A stretch of 64,000 nucleotides of DNA, from assembly GCA_965238175.1 (NCBI GenBank), contig CBDEGZ010000003.1:2336001-2400000 (forward strand), written 5' to 3'. The translations under genes were made by a program, and so were the position numbers. The notes beneath the pieces were generated by a model. That model was not told the DNA's origin and ran no database searches. It saw nothing but the letters and a program-made list of their open reading frames with translations. The stretch comes from Gammaproteobacteria bacterium. GTDB taxonomy: Bacteria; Pseudomonadota; Gammaproteobacteria; CAJXQU01. Shown here piece after piece: positions 21,913-29,181 of the stretch (position 1 is its first letter; each line of letters starts with the position of its first letter).

Positions 21913-22378
21913 ATGTGATGGTCCCCTCCCCCTTTCCAGCATCTCGGTGCCATGATTGAGCTTTACAAACAATCAACTGGGAGAAGGCCACCATGATGAT
22001 TACAACAATTGGATTAGACATAGCAAAAAACGTATTTCATATTGTTTGCTATAATAAACAAGGGTGATTAATCAGCAAGAAAATACTAAAGCGAGCATAC
22101 GTCTTGTCATTTTTCCAATCACAACCAGCTTGCCTGGTGACAATAGAACCCTACGCAATTTTGCAGTATTGGGCCCGCGCGATACAACACCATGGACATC
22201 AAGTGAAGCTGCTACCTCCCAACATGTCCACGCGTATTGATAACAAGAATGATTATAACGATGCCCTGGCCATCGCCGTTGCCGCGAACCACCAAGTATA
22301 GGGCTGATAGTTCCGAGTGCGTATTTCAATGAAGTGGGGAATGAGGCACATGATCGTAACGGACGTAATATATCTGCG
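21913..22378 (+). pseudogene. Decayed IS110-family (IS1111-like) element
   Basis: Left end ATGGTCCCCTCCCC; ATG 21993 MMITTIGLDIAKNVFH, stop at 22065, YWARAI..GHQVKLLPP, KNDYNDALAIA, then after a deletion PSIGLIVPSAYFNEVGN..RNGRNISA. Confidence 0.85.
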
Positions 22379-22387
22379 TTATTTTTA

Positions 22388-22613
22388 TTATGTATTTTCT
22401 TCTTTGAGATCCATTAGATCTTTTTCAGTAACCCAGTCAGCGGTTTCAGATATGACCTCTTAACTAGCCAAGTAAATATATTTTTATATTTGGCTTTGGT
22501 TGAGAGGCATTCGGCCTCTCGTTTATCTGATCAAGTTAGATGGAAGCTTATTACAGCTTTTTGCACTTCTCCATTGCTGATTCAAGTTTCTTTATATCTT
22601 CGATAATACTCAT
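22388..22613 (-). pseudogene. Decayed terminal cassette ORF
   Basis: MSIIEDIKKLESAMEKCKKL* right after core GTTAGAT; later fragment ISETADWVTEKDLMDLKEENT*. Confidence 0.45.
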
Positions 22614-22625
22614 ATCTATCCGCGT

Positions 22626-22730
22626 ATCTAACATCCAGCTCACTGAGCAAATTTTTGATGGCGGCTTTTGTGTATGTTTCTGCGCAAAAGGTGACAGTGG
22701 AAGTTTGTCTGATGCAGCCGTTAGTTATGT
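22626..22730 (-). other. attC site (105 bp)
   Basis: On + strand ATCTAAC...GTTATGT with imperfect internal palindrome; 3 bp after the stop of the cassette ORF. Confidence 0.75.
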
Positions 22731-22733
22731 GTT

Positions 22734-23120
22734 TTAGTCTCCAAAGAATAGCACGGCTTTATTGCTCTCTTTGGCTTCTAAAACTATGGCTTTGAACTTG
22801 CTTAAGAAATTAGTAAATTCAGATTTTGACACCGTTTTGTATATTTCTTTTTTTTCGGGTTTAATTTGTGTGCCTACATGCTCTTTCCATATGTCGGTTT
22901 TCTTTTGAACTCTATCACCGACTTCACGCACCAATCTTTCTAAGTGCGCTAATTCATAAGGTTTAAAAATTGCGTAATCATATAATGTAACAAGTTTACC
23001 CGTTACTTTATGAAGCTTTTCGAATTCAGGACTGATAACCCAAAAGTAAACTTCTGGATCAAAGGCGAGCCTTACATGCATTGTTTCAAAGTCATCACCA
23101 ATTCCTATTGTAAGAGACAT
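22734..23120 (-). CDS. Cassette ORF, hypothetical protein
   Basis: Intact 128 aa between matching GTTATGT/ACATAAC cores; AGGA RBS. Confidence 0.8.
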   Translation of the reverse strand: MSLTIGIGDDFETMHVRLAFDPEVYFWVISPEFEKLHKVTGKLVTLYDYAIFKPYELAHLERLVREVGDRVQKKTDIWKEHVGTQIKPEKKEIYKTVSKSEFTNFLSKFKAIVLEAKESNKAVLFFGD

Positions 23121-23133
23121 AACCGATTCCTAT

Positions 23134-23259
23134 ACATAACGCCTTGCCAAGATGTGCGTAACGCAGTTCCCAAGCTTCTGAAATTCACCTTGTTCACTAA
23201 GCTCACCGCAAACCCAAAATGCTACGCGTTGTGCATCACTCTTAAGCAACTTTTTAGCA
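23134..23259 (-). other. attC site, VCR/VXR-like (126 bp), inverse core mutated
   Basis: ACATAACGCCTTGCCAAG...TAACGC...CTACGCGTTG...CTCTTAAGCAACTT-TTTAGCA; length and landmarks recall Vibrio cassette repeats. Confidence 0.8.
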
Positions 23260-23264
23260 GAATT

Positions 23265-23666
23265 TTACTTCTTATGCTTGTTGTATAAAGAGTCTATCGA
23301 ATAATTAAATAGCTCTTTAATATGTTGTTTGGCTTCTGGAATTGAAACTAAATCAAAGCTTACTGAAACCGAGTTACGGCCAAAGATATTTAAGAAACCT
23401 GGTTTAATAACGATCTCTAAATCTAACAACCCAGCATCCTTTTCTACAGGTATGAATTGATAGCTAGCGAATTTGCTATTGTAGTCACCTAACACAAAGA
23501 GTAAACCGCCGCCTTCATCAAGTTCTTCGAACAGCTCAAGTTCTTTAACCCAAGGATAATTATCAATTATTTCACAAGCTTCACGATGAAGATTGATATC
23601 CCGCTGATGATCAACAAGTTCAGTTCCACCTTCCCGATGTTGATAATGTGCTTTAATTAGATTCAC
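23265..23666 (-). CDS. Cassette ORF, hypothetical protein
   Basis: GAGGA RBS, GTG start, intact 133 aa; flanks ATTCTGCTAAC and TTTAGCAGAAT are complementary. Confidence 0.8.
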   Translation of the reverse strand: MNLIKAHYQHREGGTELVDHQRDINLHREACEIIDNYPWVKELELFEELDEGGGLLFVLGDYNSKFASYQFIPVEKDAGLLDLEIVIKPGFLNIFGRNSVSVSFDLVSIPEAKQHIKELFNYSIDSLYNKHKK

Positions 23667-23682
23667 TAAACTTTCCTCATTC

Positions 23683-23752
23683 TGCTAACGTCTGCCACAA
23701 CGAGTAACTGGAACGCAGCGTAAGTTAATCCAATTGCTGGCGCTTGTTATGT
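23683..23752 (-). other. attC site (70 bp)
   Basis: TGCTAAC..GCCA..TAACT-GGAACGCAGCGTA-AGTTA..TGGC..GTTATGT. Confidence 0.8.
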
Positions 23753-23787
23753 GTACTATCCGACTTCATAGTCCTCTCAATGCTATC

Positions 23788-23910
23788 AATTTATCAGTTC
23801 TGACGCTGGTATATAATCCCTGCAAATTTCTCGGTACCTACTATTCTTGTTCTGAATAGAAATTTCATATGAATACCAATCCTCTGGATTTTTTGTAATG
23901 GAGTCATAAG
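23788..23910 (-). pseudogene. 3' fragment of a cassette ORF
   Basis: YDSITKNPEDWYSYEISIQNKNSRYREICRDYIPASELIN* with no start, joined to a half attC. Confidence 0.45.
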
Positions 23911-23923
23911 AAACTTGTTATGT
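23908..23923 (-). other. attC remnant (inverse core and spacer only)
   Basis: Minus strand ACATAACAAGTTTCTT directly after the stop of 23927-24223. Confidence 0.6.
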
Positions 23924-23926
23924 GTT

Positions 23927-24223
23927 TTACTCATAGAATTTTCCAGCATGTAATATATGGGCTGCTCTTTTCCATGGGTTTGTAGGTTTCTCATAAAACT
24001 CAAGTCCACTAACTGAAGCCTGGCCCCACGCCAACGCTGCATCAAGATATGATACAATATCACCATTTTCCCAGCCATTAACTCCTGGGCTGTAAGGCGA
24101 ACTGGGATTTACTTTTTCTTTTTTTTCTTCATCGTTACGATCTTCCATTAGTGCTTCTACAAAATTCAGGAAGTCTTGCTCTGTTTCTACGTTATCAGCT
24201 AGTTGGTATAGATCTTTATTCAT
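23927..24223 (-). CDS. Cassette ORF, small acidic immunity-like protein
   Basis: GWEN..YLDAALAW..NPW...AGKFYE pattern; AGGA RBS. Confidence 0.8.
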   Translation of the reverse strand: MNKDLYQLADNVETEQDFLNFVEALMEDRNDEEKKEKVNPSSPYSPGVNGWENGDIVSYLDAALAWGQASVSGLEFYEKPTNPWKRAAHILHAGKFYE

Positions 24224-24239
24224 GTTTTCCTACGTAGAT

Positions 24240-24296
24240 ACATAATGCCGCAATTAATAGCAAGCGTAGCGCATCCATTACATTATTTTGTTATAT
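24240..24296 (-). other. attC site (57 bp, degenerate; core GTT changed to ATT)
   Basis: ACATAATGCCGC..TAAT..CAAGCGTAGCGCATCC..ATTA..TTGTTATAT. Confidence 0.65.
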
Positions 24297-24306
24297 TTTC
24301 ACTTAA

Positions 24307-24825
24307 TTAATAATTGATAAAAACAAGATCCTTATTTCTATCAGAAGTTATTTTGAAAATATAACTTATTTCATCTATATAATTAGTTTCTGCTGCATAA
24401 TCAGGAGCGTTTTTTAGAAAAAAATCTTTAGCTTCTTCTAATTGATTAAATTTAATACTATAAATATCAGGCCAATCATTTGAAGCGGGGATTGGGATGA
24501 ATGCTTTAAAATTCCCATCCGTTACTTCTGATAAGTATGATAAAAACTCTTCTCGTTCGATCTGCTCTCCAAAATCCCTACACATCATTTCATAGATATA
24601 ACCATAAATATAATGATGTGTTTCATCTCTTGTTATCGCGCCATTAATGATATCAGCTAGACAATCGCGATACACTTGGGGTTCTATTTCAAACCAATTT
24701 GCTCCTTCCTCAATATCACCCTTATGCTTAGCCATAAAATCATCTAAAAACTCTGTATTTTTACTTCCCCAAAGTTCTGCTATTTTTGAGGCATCTACTT
24801 GAAAAGCCATAGTGTTATAACTCAT
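24307..24825 (-). CDS. Cassette ORF, acidic hypothetical (immunity-like) protein
   Basis: MSY...VD...GSK...YGY.YE..C..FG...IPIP...DWP...DLVF.NY pattern; intact 172 aa. Confidence 0.8.
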   Translation of the reverse strand: MSYNTMAFQVDASKIAELWGSKNTEFLDDFMAKHKGDIEEGANWFEIEPQVYRDCLADIINGAITRDETHHYIYGYIYEMMCRDFGEQIEREEFLSYLSEVTDGNFKAFIPIPASNDWPDIYSIKFNQLEEAKDFFLKNAPDYAAETNYIDEISYIFKITSDRNKDLVFINY

Positions 24826-24865
24826 AAATCTTTCTCAACCTCATTATTTATTCAATGCGACTAAA

Positions 24866-24936
24866 ACATAATGCTGCGCTTTGTGGCTGTTGTGGAACGC
24901 AGCGAAACAACAATCCGAAACAGCACTTTGTTAGCA
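24866..24936 (-). other. attC site (71 bp; core GTT changed to ATT)
   Basis: ACATAATGCTGCGCTTTGTGG-CTGTTGT-GGAACGCAGCGAA-ACAACA-ATCCGAAACAGCACTTT-GTTAGCA. Confidence 0.8.
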
Positions 24937-24941
24937 GTGAA

Positions 24942-25346
24942 TTACGGGTAAAGTAACTTCAAGTTACATAAGCCGCCTTCAATTGTTTTAATATACTTTT
25001 CTCTCTTTGGCCATGGCTTAAGTTTGGCAGGTAGCCTACTTAACCAATGACGATTTGGGCCGTAAACCACCTGCCGTTTTTGAGTTAACTGTGTTGATGT
25101 AGGCATGTTCTTTTGACAAACGACATCAAGAAAATGCTCGACCTCTTCAACTGAGGCGAATTCAAGCTCAACTCCCAAAATATCAATAATAAGTCGAGGA
25201 AACCCCTTCGTTGGAATGACGCGAGGGAGAGCTGGTTCATATAGTGTTGCATGCGGCCAAGCGTCACCGTCCAAGTGTTTATGAACCCAGAAACTCAATG
25301 GACTAGGCCTGTACTCCTTAGTAAATTCAATTCTCCATTTCTTCAT
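24942..25346 (-). CDS. Cassette ORF, hypothetical protein (distant homologue of 20043-20393)
   Basis: ATG at 25346 (MKKWRIEF...); the longer track start lies inside the attC. Confidence 0.8.
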   Translation of the reverse strand: MKKWRIEFTKEYRPSPLSFWVHKHLDGDAWPHATLYEPALPRVIPTKGFPRLIIDILGVELEFASVEEVEHFLDVVCQKNMPTSTQLTQKRQVVYGPNRHWLSRLPAKLKPWPKREKYIKTIEGGLCNLKLLYP

Positions 25347-25357
25347 GATGAGTGTAC

Positions 25358-25424
25358 TACTAACGACAGAGATCAAGGATTTCTGAGCGAAGCGAAGAAA
25401 TTCCTCTGCAGCTCATAGTTAGAC
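25358..25424 (-). other. attC site (67 bp)
   Basis: CTAAC/GTTAG, GAG/CTC, AGGA/TCCT, TTTCT/AGAAA stems, loop GAGCGAAGCGA, extrahelical bases on one arm. Confidence 0.88.
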
Positions 25425-25432
25425 TTTGTTTT

Positions 25433-25777
25433 TTACCAAGGATCTATTTCAAAGTTTCTCATCCAACGCTCATAACCATCGAGCATTTTTTTTGATTCCT
25501 GTGGATCTAAAATACCATTATTTTCAACACTACTTAACTCTCCCCAATATTGTATTGAAGAAAGTAAATACCAAATCATGTCTACTCCGCTATTATAGTC
25601 CTCTTGAGATAGAGACGGAAATTTCTTTTTAACGTGATCTGGGATAGTTTCTTTTGCTGTTATTTCTTCAAATAAATCACTAAGGAATAAGCCTTGTTTT
25701 GATAACCCTAAACCTTGTTTTATTACACCACCTTCATCTGATTTTGATAACCAAGATACTTTAGATATTTTTTCCAT
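25433..25777 (-). CDS. First cassette ORF of array 2, hypothetical protein
   Basis: Intact 114 aa; AGGTGAGAC before ATG is both an RBS and a 1-mismatch match to the expected core GTTAGAC. Confidence 0.75.
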   Translation of the reverse strand: MEKISKVSWLSKSDEGGVIKQGLGLSKQGLFLSDLFEEITAKETIPDHVKKKFPSLSQEDYNSGVDMIWYLLSSIQYWGELSSVENNGILDPQESKKMLDGYERWMRNFEIDPW

Positions 25778-26257
25778 TGTCTCACCTGATGTTGAACAAT
25801 GTGCACATAGTGCTGATTTTACATGATAAGAAACATTAGTTAATTTCTTGTCATGTGTCTTTTTTTATGAGTAATCTTGTAATAGGGATAAAAGAGGTTA
25901 TTTACCACTTGGCATTAATATTTCCTTTTTTTATTTTAGTCTATCGCCGCAATAATTGAATAAATCCAAGCTCTGCATATTTATAATGCTCGCCTGTGGA
26001 ATTATCAATGACCCTAAAAACATTAAAAGACAATCAGTTAGATGAAAACACTGTGACTATTTTGTCCAACGGACTTCTTTTAGTGGCTATTAAAGTGGAG
26101 TTGCGTAGCAATAACAGGCTATTGGAAACAACTTCAACGCAAAGAGGCGCTAAAAGAAGTCTGCTGGATGGGTATTTCTTATCCCGAGTCAAGGTTATTT
26201 GATAGGCCAATAAATAAACTGATAACTAAAGCAAGAACGAACTACAATAGTTTCAGG

Positions 26258-26620
26258 TTATAAAACCTTTGGAATGTCTTCAGCTGCACGGGACGCATCC
26301 AATAGTACAAGGCCGAGTTTTGCATCAGGACGAGCGAGAACACATAAGACCGCCTCATTGCCTGCACCAACCATAATCACATAACCGAGACGTCCTTTTA
26401 CGATTACTTGATCAAGCTCACCACGTTTTAATTCTTTAGCTGTTCTCTCGCCAAGCACCAGCATTGCAGCCGCCATCGCACCAACCATTTCCTGTTCAAA
26501 ACTAGTTGGCAAGGCACTAGCAATCATCAACCCATCAATTGAGATCACAGCACAACCTTGAATATCGGTGGTGGAACCGTTTAGTTCGTTTAAGATTGAA
26601 ACAAGCATGTCTTCGCGCAT
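26258..26620 (-). CDS. Roadblock/LC7 (MglB-like) protein
   Basis: AVISIDGLMIAS, VGAMAAAML.LGERTA.EL.RGELDQVIVKG..GY, AKLGLVLLD. Confidence 0.93.
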   Translation of the reverse strand: MREDMLVSILNELNGSTTDIQGCAVISIDGLMIASALPTSFEQEMVGAMAAAMLVLGERTAKELKRGELDQVIVKGRLGYVIMVGAGNEAVLCVLARPDAKLGLVLLDASRAAEDIPKVL

Positions 26621-26759
26621 GGAAAACAAAACTCCAAATTACTATTCTGCGGACTATAGCGGCCACTTAAAAGAAATCTTCAACATATTGGTTGAAAAAA
26701 AGGACTGTATATTACAGTAGAGTAGACATTTGATCTGCTTTTGATCTGATTTTAGTGGG

Positions 26760-27794
26760 TTACAAGAAGGTACTCTCATTATGTTCAGACTCATCCATCA
26801 CTGGGTCCATTGAGTAGAATAATGATTGAAGTAACATCGACATGTCCTGATGGCTTGCCGGATTAACAGAAAAAATCGGTGCTTGCTGTAATTGCGGCAA
26901 CTCCAGTCGCCGAATATGCTTATGATAGTCTGATATTGCTGGGATTCTATATCGATCAATATGCGTGACACCTATCACGAGTTTTTTAGTATTTTCGAAT
27001 GAGATATTTGAAAAGAATATTTCCAAATCACGGAGTGGATCTTTACGTCGATTATCGATGAGCAAGATGATACCAAGCAGTTTATCTTGTAGTATGTCCA
27101 GTGCTGAATTAAGAGAATATTGTCTGTGAACTGAGTAGAAGCGCAGCTTTTCCGACTCTGAAAATTTTAAATTACTGTATTCCATTAGCATCAGATCACC
27201 ACTATCTTTTGTTGTCTCACTACCACATAAAGTCTTTAATGAAACCGTATTATCACTTGCGGCCGAGCCATAAATAATAATCTTTTGATCTTGATTTTCG
27301 AGATATTGTTTATCCTTTAATGACTGCCAAGATTGAGAAATATTTTCTGATTCAATCCGTTGGCCAGTGAACAAAGCATTTTCTTCAAACGTGGTTTTAA
27401 TCGTTTCCAGATATTTAGTAGTGGTTTGCGCTTCGGTGTATTCTGCAACCATATATCCAGTTCCATTTATGGAAAAACAGCGCATTACTTTTACACCTCT
27501 ATCACTTTGTGGCGGAAGTTTGGCAATTTGTTTAACTTCATCTAAGAACTTACTTAGGTTAATGACATATTGATCAGCTTTGTGTGGCTCTCTGACAGAT
27601 ACAGAAAAATCCGTTTCTCTCATTGCTAAGACATCAGGGAAAAATTCTTTAATGATCACTTGCCGTTCGATATTCAAATCCAGAGCCAGGTAAAAATATG
27701 AGTTACCTGAATAAGCAAGAAATTTCTCAATTTGGTATTCACTAAGCAAATATCCGACAGGTAACGAATTTATATCTTCTTGATCAGTCATCAA
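26760..27794 (-). CDS. Ser/Thr-kinase N-lobe fused to a degenerate MglA-like small GTPase
   Basis: LPVGYLL.EYQIEKFL..VIIKEFFP..FLDE..NGTGYMVAEY, then KIIIYG..LGIILLIDNRRKDPLRDL..VIGVTHID; no HRD/DFG or GKT motifs. Confidence 0.75.
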   Translation of the reverse strand: MMTDQEDINSLPVGYLLSEYQIEKFLAYSGNSYFYLALDLNIERQVIIKEFFPDVLAMRETDFSVSVREPHKADQYVINLSKFLDEVKQIAKLPPQSDRGVKVMRCFSINGTGYMVAEYTEAQTTTKYLETIKTTFEENALFTGQRIESENISQSWQSLKDKQYLENQDQKIIIYGSAASDNTVSLKTLCGSETTKDSGDLMLMEYSNLKFSESEKLRFYSVHRQYSLNSALDILQDKLLGIILLIDNRRKDPLRDLEIFFSNISFENTKKLVIGVTHIDRYRIPAISDYHKHIRRLELPQLQQAPIFSVNPASHQDMSMLLQSLFYSMDPVMDESEHNESTFL

Positions 27795-28935
27795 GATTTT
27801 GTCCTTTTAAATGTTTCAGTATCCGTAAATAAAACTCTCTTTGATTTTTTTCTGATTTTATAAAAGGTTTCTCACCCGATTGTATTTGTGTCGGTTTAAC
27901 CGCTTCCGTGTCTTGTCGCACCAATCCTAACGTTGATGCGGCGGTATAAAAATTAAAGACATCTTTCTGTGGAATATTTAAAACATCAATGGTCTCCATC
28001 AACGTCATCGGACAAGATACCCATAAGGCTGCAATGCGCATTACATTTGGGATAGGAGATAAACGCGGTAGATCTGGCCATGAGGTTAAAATAATTTTCT
28101 TATCAATATCGGTACCTGCAGGAACAGAACCTTCATAGGTCCAAAGTGCCAGATCCCATAGAAAAGAATCTATGTCGACAGGTTTCAGCCGTGTTTCTTG
28201 CCACTCGTCCAAATATTTTGAAAACTCTCTTTCTGTAAATACACGTTTCACTACATCAGATTCGTTCAAAAAATGTTTACAAATGTCTTGCAAACCTGCA
28301 GGAGTGAAATCGGTATTGATCCAATGTTCAGCAGGATCTATAAAAATACTTCCTTGATTTGTAAACTGTAATCTTATTCCTCGTCCCTCTGAATTTGCCT
28401 CGACCACGGCTCGTTTCACTTCGTCTATAAGATAACCCTGTTCAGAAAAAAATCTGACAACTTGACCTTGCTCTTCTATAGGCTGAGAAGGTTCAACCTT
28501 CTTTGTTTTCGGTGGTTCCGTTTTGGGGTACTTAATATGTGTCGAAAGAAATTGGTTCCAGGATGATTGTCTTTTTTGATCAACCCCATGTTTTTTCCGT
28601 GCAATACTTAGCGTAAGAACCAGATCATCAATAGAAATTGGTTTTTTCAGATAAAAATGCGCTGGGCTTCGGCTTCGGCTTCGGCTTCGTTGGGTTTCAT
28701 TAACTGAGAGAAAAATAGCTCTTTGATCAGGCTTGCCTTGTAACAAGGCATTCCATTCGTCTTCTGCACCATAATTATCTAGATCAACAACTGATAATGA
28801 TGCCTGGTCAAAATTTGCAATAGCATAATATCCAGGAGGTTCTTTAGCTAAAACCATTTCAATCGCATTACGATTTCGCTGATCTATTCCAATCAAATTG
28901 ATCAATATGGTCTCATTATCACCTGATGATGCCAT
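27784..28935 (-). CDS. Receiver-like N-terminal domain plus PATAN/DUF4388-like region and C-terminal helical domain
   Basis: SVVDLD...YLKKPISIDDL; FLWDLALWTYEG..P...WPDLPRL..IPNVMRIAALW...VFNFYTAA. Confidence 0.7.
   Translation of the reverse strand: MASSGDNETILINLIGIDQRNRNAIEMVLAKEPPGYYAIANFDQASLSVVDLDNYGAEDEWNALLQGKPDQRAIFLSVNETQRSRSRSRSPAHFYLKKPISIDDLVLTLSIARKKHGVDQKRQSSWNQFLSTHIKYPKTEPPKTKKVEPSQPIEEQGQVVRFFSEQGYLIDEVKRAVVEANSEGRGIRLQFTNQGSIFIDPAEHWINTDFTPAGLQDICKHFLNESDVVKRVFTEREFSKYLDEWQETRLKPVDIDSFLWDLALWTYEGSVPAGTDIDKKIILTSWPDLPRLSPIPNVMRIAALWVSCPMTLMETIDVLNIPQKDVFNFYTAASTLGLVRQDTEAVKPTQIQSGEKPFIKSEKNQREFYLRILKHLKGQNLDD
28665..28688. repeat. In-frame hexanucleotide repeat (GGCTTC)x4 encoding RSRSRSRS
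   Basis: Read directly from the sequence. Confidence 0.9.
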
Positions 28936-29181
28936 ACAGTAAGATCCTTAAAAGCTATGTTTTTATTAGTACGTTATAGTATATTTATTATAATTCTCTA
29001 TAAGTAGTTGTTGCATATGATTGTAACACAAGGTCTTTCTATTGAAAGCCTTTTTCACCTAAGATTAAACCTTGAACAATATTTTTCATTTCAATTCTAA
29101 CTCATACAACGATAAACTTTTTAGCGATTACGAATGTTTAGAGGTAGAATCCCCGGTTTAGTTCTTGCTTATGTTTCACCT

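Larger units (their letters stand above)
22378..25785 (-). mobile_element. Integron cassette array 2 without integrase (CALIN-like); about 8 cassettes
   Basis: Small co-oriented ORFs, each followed within about 10 bp by an attC; the leading core of each intact cassette complements its own inverse core. Confidence 0.9.

Noticed and set aside
22355-22385. CGGACGTAATATATCTGCGTTA as an attI site
   Set aside because: It translates in frame as RNGRNISA, matching the IS110 transposase C-terminal NGR motif, and faces opposite to the cassettes
23794-24078. 94-aa track ORF and other short ORFs crossing attC sites or antisense to housekeeping genes
   Set aside because: Alternative-frame shadows of better-supported genes
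22626-25424. Spaced palindromes as a CRISPR array or REP cluster
   Set aside because: Units differ in sequence and length and are separated by whole genes; no cas or RAYT gene is present
25996-26202. 68-aa + strand ORF as a gene or integrase remnant
   Set aside because: No recognisable motif and no tyrosine-recombinase residues
26705-26717. CTGTATATTACAG as a LexA box
   Set aside because: Spacer is 5 nt rather than the 8 nt of CTGT-N8-ACAG
28936-29181. Cobalamin or SAH riboswitch upstream of metH
   Set aside because: AT-rich with no recognisable B12-box or SAH core by eye; an Rfam scan would be decisive
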